Positions 29,011-37,578 of a DNA stretch of 64,000 nt are shown here, in pieces (position 1 is the first letter of the stretch; every line of letters begins with the position of its first letter). The stretch is from a virus. The position numbers were made by a program, and so were the translations under genes. The DNA is taken from positions 1 through 64,000 of IMG/VR virus record IMGVR_UViG_3300010157_000059, one strand, 5' to 3'. The notes beneath the pieces were generated by a model, which was not told where the DNA came from, made no database searches, and worked only from the letters and a program-made list of their open reading frames with translations.

Positions 29011-29898
29011 ATGATCGATCCTGCACCATTGCTGGATTCTAAACTATCGCTCCGTGCTAAAGGTATCTGGGCTCTATATATGTCAGCCGGCAAGGCACTC
29101 AGTGCTGCCGAAATATATCCCTTAGTACCTGAGGGCAGGGACGCGGTACGCAAAGCTGTGCGCGAATTGATCTCTGCCGGCTATGTTTCTGAGACCAGTT
29201 TTAGGACAGAAAATGGCCAATGGTCCTACCAGGTACGGGTTACCCAGGCCTGGATTACCGGGGACGGATTTTCAGGCACCCTTTTATACGGTACAGCTAG
29301 TAAGCTAATAACTAATAGTACCTTAGTAGAACTTACTAACGTAAGTTCAACTAATGTATCGGGCGAGCCCGAAGAGGAGTACATAGAAATGGCATGGCCA
29401 GGTTTTGATGAGCCAGAGACTAAGACCAAAGGCGAGGTTGGGGTTGTAGGCAAACTCACAGACCCCGTAGACAAGAAAGAAATGCGTAAACTCAAGTACA
29501 AAAAGACTAGTTTTGAAGCAGTTCCTCCTAGCATGCTTAGGAACGAACGCCCAGAAGATGAGTGGACCACTCAGGACCTAGTAGCTGAGTTTTATGATTT
29601 GACTAGGGAACATGCCAATAGCGCTCCTAGTCAGGTTAACGGTAAGAGCCTTGCATCTTGGATTAACCAACAGGTAGGCAAAGGAGTGCCCCGTCCCGGG
29701 ATTCTAAGGGCTATTAGAGCCTTTTTTAATGACCCTAGGCTAATACGTGACCCAGGGGTTGGTAAGCCTTTCTGGAGGCGGTTTGTGGCTTATTACCCCA
29801 CCGTCCACGGTTTGTTTGCAAATCCAAAAGAAGTTGAGTACGCTGATGATGATTTCTTGGCCCATCAGGCTAAGATGCTAAAACTCTTGGAGGGTTAA
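29011..29898 (+). CDS. Replication initiator (N-terminal winged HTH)
   Basis: LSLRAKGI...EGRDAVRKAVREL...GYV; directly upstream of the DnaC-like loader. Confidence 0.7.
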   Translation: MIDPAPLLDSKLSLRAKGIWALYMSAGKALSAAEIYPLVPEGRDAVRKAVRELISAGYVSETSFRTENGQWSYQVRVTQAWITGDGFSGTLLYGTASKLITNSTLVELTNVSSTNVSGEPEEEYIEMAWPGFDEPETKTKGEVGVVGKLTDPVDKKEMRKLKYKKTSFEAVPPSMLRNERPEDEWTTQDLVAEFYDLTREHANSAPSQVNGKSLASWINQQVGKGVPRPGILRAIRAFFNDPRLIRDPGVGKPFWRRFVAYYPTVHGLFANPKEVEYADDDFLAHQAKMLKLLEG

Positions 29899-30581
29899 TG
29901 TTTGATTTATCTAAACTTCGACCATCTGTACGTGCCCAAATAAACCATTCGGGTATCCCAGATCGTTTTATTGGTAAAGAGCTTGCTGACCTAGCCCCAT
30001 ATAGCCCCGTAGTAACCGCCACAATTAATCAATGGATTGAGTTTGTAGTAGACGGCAAGATTATTCGTGCACGTGGTACAGAATTATGTGGAAAAGGATT
30101 ACTCTTAGTCGGCAAACCAGGACACGGTAAGACAACTCTTGCTAACCTTGTACTACAAGAAGTGTTACGTCGTGCAGATCCTTCAATTTGGGGTCAGTCT
30201 GACTCAATGGTTAAAAATCCCGTTATGTTCGTGGATTATCCCAAGTTACTTCGCATTCAGCAAAGGTCTTGGAAAGATGAGTCAGGAGATGATGCATACC
30301 TTATGGATCGAATTTTTGGCGATAATAAATCCGCAGATAACGTAAGTATTCTTGTATTAGACGATTTAGGTAAAGAACACCGAACAGCATCCGGTTGGGC
30401 AGAGACTACCTTTGACGCAGTATTGCGTTCTAGGTACAATGCCGGTTTACCAACTATAGTTACAACAAACGTTCCACTAAAAAGTTGGGGAGAAGTTTAT
30501 GGGTCGGCAATGGAAAGCTTTGCCCATGAAGCGTTCTTTCCACTTGAAATAGTGTCAGAAGAGGGAGATCGACGAAAATGA
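29898..30581 (+). CDS. dnaC: DnaC/IstB-like helicase loader ATPase
   Basis: GKPGHGKT Walker A, LVLDDLGKE Walker B, PTIVTTN. Confidence 0.9.
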   Translation: MFDLSKLRPSVRAQINHSGIPDRFIGKELADLAPYSPVVTATINQWIEFVVDGKIIRARGTELCGKGLLLVGKPGHGKTTLANLVLQEVLRRADPSIWGQSDSMVKNPVMFVDYPKLLRIQQRSWKDESGDDAYLMDRIFGDNKSADNVSILVLDDLGKEHRTASGWAETTFDAVLRSRYNAGLPTIVTTNVPLKSWGEVYGSAMESFAHEAFFPLEIVSEEGDRRK

Positions 30582-30883
30582 AGGATAAGACAATGGTAAA
30601 GGCAGAATGGCGTACAGTTCAATTCTTTCTTTCCGCCCGTGGAATTTTCGAAGTAAAAATAGATCTCGCAAGTGACGATGTAGAGTGCACCTGTCCAGGG
30701 TTTGAAGCCCGTGGAACTTGCAAGCATACTCGTTTTGTGGTGAAAAAGGCCCAAGAAAATAATGGAACTTACCCACTAAAAATATCAACCCGCGCACCTA
30801 TGAGCGAAAGCAAAGCAATAAATAGTTCTACAGAGCTGTTTAGAGAGTTTGTAGTTAAATACGGGAAAATAGAAGTCTTGTAA
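30578..30883 (+). CDS. SWIM zinc-finger protein
   Basis: CTC......CKH. Confidence 0.8.
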   Translation: MKDKTMVKAEWRTVQFFLSARGIFEVKIDLASDDVECTCPGFEARGTCKHTRFVVKKAQENNGTYPLKISTRAPMSESKAINSSTELFREFVVKYGKIEVL

Positions 30884-30886
30884 CAC

Positions 30887-31294
30887 ATGCTTGGAGGGGA
30901 TCTTAGCAATGAAACACCTAAGCGTGTAGCAGTTACGACTGATTGTATTATTAAGCGTGTCCCGGTCATTTCTAAAATCTTAGGCGTAATACCTTACGCT
31001 CATGAAGATATTGAATATGACCGGGCTATGCTTTCTCGTCTTTGGAATTATTCTACAAAGAGCGGGTATATTTTAGAACTTGTAGGGTTTGGCGTTAAGC
31101 CAGATGATATGCAAGACTTCATGGATGACCTTGACAATTTAGGTACTAATCCATTTAACTATGCAAAGGCTTACCGCGTTGTATCAGACTTGGTAGCCGA
31201 AATGCCTTACCGCAACGAGTTAGTTTGCGTGATTGATATACCATCACGTAGTCTTCGTTACGGTAGTTGGTACTACGATCTTGGGAGGGTGTAA
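30887..31294 (+). CDS. Hypothetical protein (possibly degenerate HAD-like fold)
   Basis: 135-aa ORF in the replication operon; alpha/beta pattern only. Confidence 0.5.
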   Translation: MLGGDLSNETPKRVAVTTDCIIKRVPVISKILGVIPYAHEDIEYDRAMLSRLWNYSTKSGYILELVGFGVKPDDMQDFMDDLDNLGTNPFNYAKAYRVVSDLVAEMPYRNELVCVIDIPSRSLRYGSWYYDLGRV

Positions 31295-32508
31295 TGGCTG
31301 CAGATAATGAGTTACGACTTATCAGCCGTGCTATACGCACACGGGACATAGCTGCTGTCCTTGAATACGGTCTTAAAGAAGACTGGTTTTATGTAGATGA
31401 AAATCGCTCAGTATGGAAGTTCATTGTTAGCCATTGGAGCAAGTACTCTGAGGTTCCTACAGCAGTAACGGTAAAGGATAACTTTCCTACCTACCGGTTG
31501 TTAGCTGTTGATGATTCTATTGAGTATCTGTTAGATCAACTAGTTGAGTATCGACGTCGTCAAAAGGCGATTCAGATTATTCAAGATGCTGCAGAGTCAA
31601 TTGCAGAGGGCGATCACGATTTGGCCATTGCAACTATGAGTTCTGGGGTTGCAACAATCTCTGACGAGGGCGTAGGCGCTAGCCGTGATGTAAACCTAAC
31701 TAATTCCCCGTTAGAGCGTTATGACGAGTATCTTGCAGTCAAGACACGCCCTAATGGTTTGATTGGTATGGCTACTGGATTTTCTTTGATTGACCAAGCC
31801 ACCGCAGGTTTACAACCAGGTCAGTTAATTGTGATCATTGCTCCACCAAAGACTGGTAAGTCTGTAGTGGCATTGCAAACAGCAGTTAACTTGCATAACG
31901 ACGGGTTTGTCCCAATGTTTCAATCTTTTGAGATGAGCAGTCACGAGCAACAGACTCGTCACGACGCAATGCGCTCTAACATCTCCCATGCACGTTTGAC
32001 ACGTGGAGCACTTAAGGTAGACGAAGAGGCTCGTTACCAAAAGATGCTTAAGAAGATGGAGACTATGCATAACTTTTATCTGACAGACGGCCCATCAGCA
32101 GACACTATCTCTGGACTTTCAGCAAAGATTGAGAAGCTACAGCCCGACATTATTTTTGTTGACGGCGTTTATCTTATGACCGACGAAATTAGTGGCGAGG
32201 CAAACACTTCCAAGGCTCTTACTAACTTAACTCGCTCATTGAAGAAACTTGCACAGAAAACAAAAAAACCAATTGTAGTTACTACACAGGTTCTTGAATG
32301 GAAGATGAAAAAGAGCCGCGTGTCTGCGTCATCTATTGGGTATTCATCATCGTTCTATCAAGATGCTGACGTTATTTTGGCATTGGAACGGCAAGACGAG
32401 GAAGATGACTCTTCACGTTTGTTCCGTATCGAGGCCAGCCGTAACTGTGGCAAGGTTGAGATGGAACTGCTTTGGGATTGGGAAAACGGAAAGTTTCAGG
32501 AGTATTAA
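31294..32508 (+). CDS. dnaB: DnaB-like replicative helicase
   Basis: APPKTGKS, SFEMS, IFVDG, QDAD motifs; ATG at 31294. Confidence 0.92.
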   Translation: MAADNELRLISRAIRTRDIAAVLEYGLKEDWFYVDENRSVWKFIVSHWSKYSEVPTAVTVKDNFPTYRLLAVDDSIEYLLDQLVEYRRRQKAIQIIQDAAESIAEGDHDLAIATMSSGVATISDEGVGASRDVNLTNSPLERYDEYLAVKTRPNGLIGMATGFSLIDQATAGLQPGQLIVIIAPPKTGKSVVALQTAVNLHNDGFVPMFQSFEMSSHEQQTRHDAMRSNISHARLTRGALKVDEEARYQKMLKKMETMHNFYLTDGPSADTISGLSAKIEKLQPDIIFVDGVYLMTDEISGEANTSKALTNLTRSLKKLAQKTKKPIVVTTQVLEWKMKKSRVSASSIGYSSSFYQDADVILALERQDEEDDSSRLFRIEASRNCGKVEMELLWDWENGKFQEY

Positions 32509-32509
32509 A

Positions 32510-32770
32510 ATGGCCAAAATGCCTATTTTTGATGGAACACAAGCTTGTGTTGATTTAGATATCAATATCTTCTTTCCTGAGCCAGAAAATACTGCAGGAG
32601 TCCAAGCTGCTAAAAATATTTGCAATTCATGCAACCACTTAGAAAAGTGCTTTACTTACGCTGTGTGGGAACCAAGTTTAGAAGGAATTTGGGGGGCAAC
32701 TACCCCTCGTCAACGTGAGTCTTTTAGGGGACGTGCTAGGAAGGCTAAACGTAATGCCATTAACCAGTAA
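32510..32770 (+). CDS. whiB: WhiB-family transcription factor
   Basis: C...FFP...CxxC.....C...GIWG. Confidence 0.9.
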   Translation: MAKMPIFDGTQACVDLDINIFFPEPENTAGVQAAKNICNSCNHLEKCFTYAVWEPSLEGIWGATTPRQRESFRGRARKAKRNAINQ

Positions 32771-33734
32771 CGAAGTCAAGTCTTTATTATTCAAGCTTGG
32801 TGTTGAGGCTTGGGCGGAACGTGGTGATGAGATCACCGCTTTATGCCCAGGGCACGAGCTACGTACAGGGGTTGTAGATAACAACCCGTCATGGTCTATT
32901 AATACTGAGAGTGGCGTACATCACTGTTTCTCTTGTGGGTACAAGGGCAATGTTCTAACTCTTATTGCAGAACAAAAAGAATTTAAAACTGAGTGGGGGC
33001 GTTTAGATGTTGATGCTGCCAAGAATTGGCTTCGTGAAAACTCTCAGATTGATCTTGATTTAATTGTTAAAGAAATGGAAGAAGTCAAGTATTCTTACAT
33101 AGCTATACCAAAGCCAGTAGAGATGAGCGAGGCACGCCTTGCTGTTTATACTTCACAAATCCCTGTGTGGGCGTTAAATGCTAGGGGCTTGACAGCGGGC
33201 GCTTGTAGGATGTTCACCGTCAGGTGGGATACTCAGAACGAAGCCTGGATCCTTCCTATTCGTGATTATGAAACTGGCAAACTAATTGGTTGGCAAGAAA
33301 AAGGTCAGGTCATTCGTCATTTTAAGAATAGGCCTACAGGGGTTTTAAAAAGTAGCACGGTGTTTAATTCAGGTAGTTACCCTCAACCTGAGTCTTTTAT
33401 AGTTGTAGAGAGTCCTCTAGATGCTGTACGTTTGCAGTCTTTAGGCATTCCTAATGCGGTAGCTACTTTTGGTGCCTCGGTTAGTCCTGCCCAATTGAAC
33501 ATCATTCGTTCTAACGCTGAAAGTATTGTTTTTGCTTTTGACAACGATACAGCCGGTCAAGCCGCTTCTTTACGTATGTTAGACTTGAGCCGCAAGACAG
33601 GATTTGAATGTAAGTTCTTTAACTACGGGGACTCCGAAGCTAAAGACGTAGGCGATATGTCAGAAGATGCTATACGCTATGGCATAGAGACGGCCAAGCA
33701 CTGTGTACTTGGCAAAGCAGCAATCTTAGGATAA
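32754..33734 (+). CDS. dnaG: DNA primase (Zn finger plus TOPRIM)
   Basis: CPGH...CFSC; VESPLD; FDND.AG; KDVGD. Confidence 0.9.
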   Translation: MPLTSNEVKSLLFKLGVEAWAERGDEITALCPGHELRTGVVDNNPSWSINTESGVHHCFSCGYKGNVLTLIAEQKEFKTEWGRLDVDAAKNWLRENSQIDLDLIVKEMEEVKYSYIAIPKPVEMSEARLAVYTSQIPVWALNARGLTAGACRMFTVRWDTQNEAWILPIRDYETGKLIGWQEKGQVIRHFKNRPTGVLKSSTVFNSGSYPQPESFIVVESPLDAVRLQSLGIPNAVATFGASVSPAQLNIIRSNAESIVFAFDNDTAGQAASLRMLDLSRKTGFECKFFNYGDSEAKDVGDMSEDAIRYGIETAKHCVLGKAAILG

Positions 33735-33737
33735 CAA

Positions 33738-35291
33738 ATGAGTTTCACTGGCACCTTACTTCCATATCAGGAAGAGGCTGTAGATCTAATGTGTGAACGG
33801 GGCAAAGTTCTTGTTGCGTACGATCTTGGTTTAGGTAAAACTGTTCTAACAATTGCTGCTATAGAACGCTTACGAGATGAAGGAAAAATTAATGGTCCAG
33901 GCCTTGTCATTTGTCTATCCAGCCTTAAATATCAATGGGCTAATGCTATTGATAATTTTACTGGACTCACGTCTTTCCCAGTAGTTATTGACGGTACGCC
34001 TAAGCAGCGTAAAGAACAGTACGAGCAGTTTAAACATTCTCAGGTTGACTACATCATCATGAATTATGAGCAAGTAGTTTCTGATTGGGAAATAGTAAAG
34101 AAGCTGCCAAGGGCTTTTGTTGTAGCTGATGAGGCTACTGCGTTAAAGAGTTTTAAATCAAAGCGTTCAAAAGCAGTAAAAAAATTGACGTGTCCGTACA
34201 TGTTTGCTTTAACTGGAACCCCAGTAGAAAATGGCAAAGCAGAAGAAATTTTTTCAATTATGGAGTTTGTAGATCGCCATGTATTAGGTTCATACCCTAA
34301 TTTTGAAGCTAAATACATTAACCGTAATAATATGGGTTGGATTGATGGGTACAAGAACCTCACGCAACTTCATGATGCTTTAAAGTCTACTTCAGTTCGT
34401 AAACGACAATCAGATTTTGATGTGTCTCCCTATTTGCCAGAAACAATTATGGCTGCCCCACTATTAGTTCCTTTTGACCCCTCTGGTCGCAAACTGTACA
34501 AAGCTATCTGTGAAATGCTTTTAGAAGATCTAGATGACGCTGCCGCATTTATAAATTCTGGTACAAGTATTTATACAAAAGACGGCGGGTTAATTGATGA
34601 GTTTCGTGGTCGCATTATGCCTAAGTTAATTGCTTTGCGTCAGGTGTGTGCCCACCCTCAGCTGTTAAAGAGTAGCGGGTTAAAGTTTGATGGCTTTGCT
34701 GGTAATGGCTCTTTATTTGCAGCAGAACTCTTAGAGTCTGGAGTTCTTGATAAAGAGTTTAAATCTCCAAAGTTAGATACCTTAAAAGAATCTATCTCTT
34801 TATTTCTAGCAGAAGACGTAAAAAACAAAGCAGTTATATTCACTACTTTTGTTAGTATGACAGACATACTTGGTAAGGAATTGAAAGAACATGGGGCTAA
34901 TGTATACACCGGCAAACTAAGCGCAAGGGAGAAAGAGCAGGCTAAAGTTGATTTTCAAACTAATCCAAACACTCGCTTGCTAATTAGTTCTGACGCTGGC
35001 GGTTATGGAGTAGATCTTCCTCAAGCTAATCTTTTGGTTAATTATGATCTTCCTTGGAACGCAGGACTTGCTCTTCAAAGGAACGGGCGCATACAACGAG
35101 CATCTAGCACCTGGGAACACGTTGTAATCCAAGATTTGCTTATGCTAGGTTCTATAGAACAGCGACAATACGACATGCTGCAGCAAAAAATGTCAGTGGC
35201 TAACGCTATTGTTGATGGAGAAGGTATTGGAAAAAATGGTGAGTTAAATCTAACACTTGGTACACTTAGGCAATTCTTGCAAAACAATTAA
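33738..35291 (+). CDS. SNF2-family helicase
   Basis: DLGLGKT, DEAT, LTGTP.EN, YDLPWN...QRNGRIQR. Confidence 0.9.
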   Translation: MSFTGTLLPYQEEAVDLMCERGKVLVAYDLGLGKTVLTIAAIERLRDEGKINGPGLVICLSSLKYQWANAIDNFTGLTSFPVVIDGTPKQRKEQYEQFKHSQVDYIIMNYEQVVSDWEIVKKLPRAFVVADEATALKSFKSKRSKAVKKLTCPYMFALTGTPVENGKAEEIFSIMEFVDRHVLGSYPNFEAKYINRNNMGWIDGYKNLTQLHDALKSTSVRKRQSDFDVSPYLPETIMAAPLLVPFDPSGRKLYKAICEMLLEDLDDAAAFINSGTSIYTKDGGLIDEFRGRIMPKLIALRQVCAHPQLLKSSGLKFDGFAGNGSLFAAELLESGVLDKEFKSPKLDTLKESISLFLAEDVKNKAVIFTTFVSMTDILGKELKEHGANVYTGKLSAREKEQAKVDFQTNPNTRLLISSDAGGYGVDLPQANLLVNYDLPWNAGLALQRNGRIQRASSTWEHVVIQDLLMLGSIEQRQYDMLQQKMSVANAIVDGEGIGKNGELNLTLGTLRQFLQNN

Positions 35292-35335
35292 ATATAGAAT
35301 AGTGTATATGCGGGGGCTAGGACCTAGGAGTTACA

Positions 35336-35473
35336 TTGTCCAACCTAACCCCAACAAGAGCCGTAAGAGTTTCTGATGAACTTTGGAATGCTGCAAAAGA
35401 AAAAGCAGTTGAAGAAGGAATTACGGTAACTGACGTACTTATTACAGCGCTTGAAGAATTCATCGAAAGTTAA
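35336..35473 (+). CDS. Ribbon-helix-helix DNA-binding protein, 45 aa (not in ORF track)
   Basis: TTG start after AGGAG; TPTRAVRVSDELWNAAKEKA..EG.TVTDV...AL. Confidence 0.75.
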   Translation: MSNLTPTRAVRVSDELWNAAKEKAVEEGITVTDVLITALEEFIES

Positions 35474-35490
35474 TTACCTAGGAGGGTAAC

Positions 35491-35937
35491 ATGGAAGTAA
35501 TTAGTAAAAAGAATCTACCTACTGCAGACGATTTTGGTACAAACGACATTGAGTCGATGTACAAAGAGTACGTACTCCTCAAAAAGAACATTGACGACCT
35601 TACTGCACGTCAGAACGTGATCAAGAAAGAATTAATGTCTTTTGTTGATGGTTACGGTTTAGAAGACGACAAGGGCCATAAGTGGTATGACATGCCTGAG
35701 TACGGCGGGTATAATGGTATGCAAAAGCAGCGCCGCGTATCTCAGTCAGTTGATGAAAATGCCGCCCAGTCTATTCTTGAAGACAAGGGCCTAGCAGAGC
35801 GTTGCTTTGAGGTCAAGCCTGTCCTTAACGAGCAGTCTGTAATGGACTGCGTATACGAAGGCTTGCTAACCGAAGATGACGTGGATACTATGTTCCCTCA
35901 GAAAGTAACTAACGCGTTTGTTTTAAAGAAGGCTTAG
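35491..35937 (+). CDS. Hypothetical coiled-coil protein
   Basis: 148-aa ORF with AGGAGG RBS. Confidence 0.6.
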   Translation: MEVISKKNLPTADDFGTNDIESMYKEYVLLKKNIDDLTARQNVIKKELMSFVDGYGLEDDKGHKWYDMPEYGGYNGMQKQRRVSQSVDENAAQSILEDKGLAERCFEVKPVLNEQSVMDCVYEGLLTEDDVDTMFPQKVTNAFVLKKA

Positions 35938-35938
35938 C

Positions 35939-36052
35939 ATGTTTTGGAAAATTGTATTTTGGTTTTGGCTGTCATTTAACTCACTTGTTGTAGTGCTAGG
36001 ATTTCTAAGCGACAAGCACAAGGACTCTCGTAAAGAAAATTTACATGACTAG
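35939..36052 (+). CDS. Small membrane peptide, 37 aa (not in ORF track)
   Basis: MFWKIVFWFWLSFNSLVVVLGFLSDKHKDSRKENLHD. Confidence 0.5.
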   Translation: MFWKIVFWFWLSFNSLVVVLGFLSDKHKDSRKENLHD

Positions 36053-36056
36053 CCGT

Positions 36057-36143
36057 ATGATTCATATTTGTTCGTACTGTGAAGCAGCGTTTCAAGAACT
36101 ACTAGATTTATTTGCACACATAGAGGAACATAAAGATGTTTGA
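36057..36143 (+). CDS. Single C2H2 zinc-finger peptide, 28 aa (not in ORF track)
   Basis: MIHICSYCEAAFQELLDLFAHIEEHKDV = CxxC-x3-F-x5-L-x2-H-x3-H. Confidence 0.6.
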   Translation: MIHICSYCEAAFQELLDLFAHIEEHKDV

Positions 36144-36306
36144 GCCAGAACTACCTGATATCACCGAAGAACGCCTTTTGCATTTAGTTGCAGAAGGTTT
36201 AAAAGCTTGGGATCCTATGCTATTCTCTCGTGCAGAAGATAGCCATGGTGCAGCATTCATTGCGCTTGACATTTTTAAAAAAGCTATGCAAGGATTGATT
36301 AGCTAA
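36136..36306 (+). CDS. Hypothetical protein, 56 aa (not in ORF track)
   Basis: GAGGA RBS; TAATG coupling to the next gene. Confidence 0.55.
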   Translation: MFEPELPDITEERLLHLVAEGLKAWDPMLFSRAEDSHGAAFIALDIFKKAMQGLIS

Positions 36307-36782
36307 TGTCTGAGGATAAAATCGACGAGATGTTTGGGCCTCTTAGCGAATTTTATCCAGGGTCTAAGAAAAAGCGACGTGCTGTAAATCCTGAGGTAGA
36401 AGCAAAGAAGAACCAAGTTGCTGAGCAGGACGCATGGGATAAACGCCCAATTGTAAAGAAATTTGCAAATGGTAAAGAAGTTGAGCTATTCTCAGCAGGT
36501 ATGTTTGCAAATGCTTTAGGAAGGCCGCTAGTAACTGTAAGGCTATGGGAACGTAAAGGGTATATCCCTCGCGCCCCATATAGGCTAAGGTCTATAGTAG
36601 TAAAAGGTATAAAAAAGCCCGGATGGCGCATGTACAGCCGAGATATGATAGAGTCAACAGTAGAAAGTTTTCGATCCAGGGATCTTCTTGAAGCCCCTAG
36701 GATTGAATGGGAAAGGGAAAGGGAATTGACAGTAGAACTGTTCAATACTTGGACTCAAATCCACAATCAAGAAACCAATTAA
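36306..36782 (+). CDS. MerR-like HTH DNA-binding protein
   Basis: FANALGR...TVRLWERKGYIP...WRMYS. Confidence 0.75.
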   Translation: MSEDKIDEMFGPLSEFYPGSKKKRRAVNPEVEAKKNQVAEQDAWDKRPIVKKFANGKEVELFSAGMFANALGRPLVTVRLWERKGYIPRAPYRLRSIVVKGIKKPGWRMYSRDMIESTVESFRSRDLLEAPRIEWERERELTVELFNTWTQIHNQETN

Positions 36783-36816
36783 CCAAAAGCCACAAGGCCA
36801 TAAAAAAGGAAATAAA

Positions 36817-37500
36817 ATGCCAGTAAACCCAAATGTTTCGTCTTACCTTGATGAAGACGAACTAGAAACCACTTCTCGTGAAGACGCAGTCTTCGAAACA
36901 GAAGATGAAGATGAGTCAGCAGATCGCTCATCTGTAATTCAAGTAGGCTGGGCTGCAGCCAAGAAAGTACAAGCTAAAGTAGCCAAGTCATACGCTAACG
37001 ACTTCAAGTTTGAAGAAGACGTTCAGTTGATCAAGTTCCTCTCTCCAGAACCAATGATCTTCTCTCAACACTGGGTACAGCGCACAGGCAAGAAGTCTTT
37101 TGTCTGTCTCGGTACATCACAGTGCCCACTATGCCGTGCAGGCAACAAGGCCGAAAACAAGTTTGCATTTAGCGTTGTTAACTTGACAGACGAAGACCCA
37201 TCAGTACAGCTAATGACTGTTGGTATGCGTTTGTGCGGTCAGTTGGAAAAGCTGAACGGCGACCCTAAGACCGGTCCTCTAGATCGTATGTTCTGGGCAG
37301 TGAGCAAGTCAGGTCAAAGCACCAAGACTAGCTACTCCATCATGCCTGTTAAGGAACGCGATCTTCCAGAAGATTGGGATCTTGATGCTGATGAGGTTCG
37401 TAAAATCATTAGTTCCTTTAGTCCTCTAGGAACAGACGCGCTACGCATGTCAACCAAGGCTGAACTGGTTGATATTGCTCGCGAAATCCCAGAAGACTAA
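36817..37500 (+). CDS. Single-stranded DNA-binding protein (gp32-like)
   Basis: HW....SFVC....CPLC zinc site, acidic tract, directly upstream of the polymerase. Confidence 0.7.
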   Translation: MPVNPNVSSYLDEDELETTSREDAVFETEDEDESADRSSVIQVGWAAAKKVQAKVAKSYANDFKFEEDVQLIKFLSPEPMIFSQHWVQRTGKKSFVCLGTSQCPLCRAGNKAENKFAFSVVNLTDEDPSVQLMTVGMRLCGQLEKLNGDPKTGPLDRMFWAVSKSGQSTKTSYSIMPVKERDLPEDWDLDADEVRKIISSFSPLGTDALRMSTKAELVDIAREIPED

Positions 37501-37507
37501 TCCCCTA

Positions 37508-37563
37508 GGGGTAGGAAGCTAGGTCTCACCCTCCTTGATTTAGCTTCCTACCCCCTTTTCTTT
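37508..37563 (+). terminator. Intrinsic terminator
   Basis: GGGGTAGGAAGCTA / TAGCTTCCTACCCC stem followed by a T tract. Confidence 0.85.
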
Positions 37564-37578
37564 CTATTGGAGAACAGA

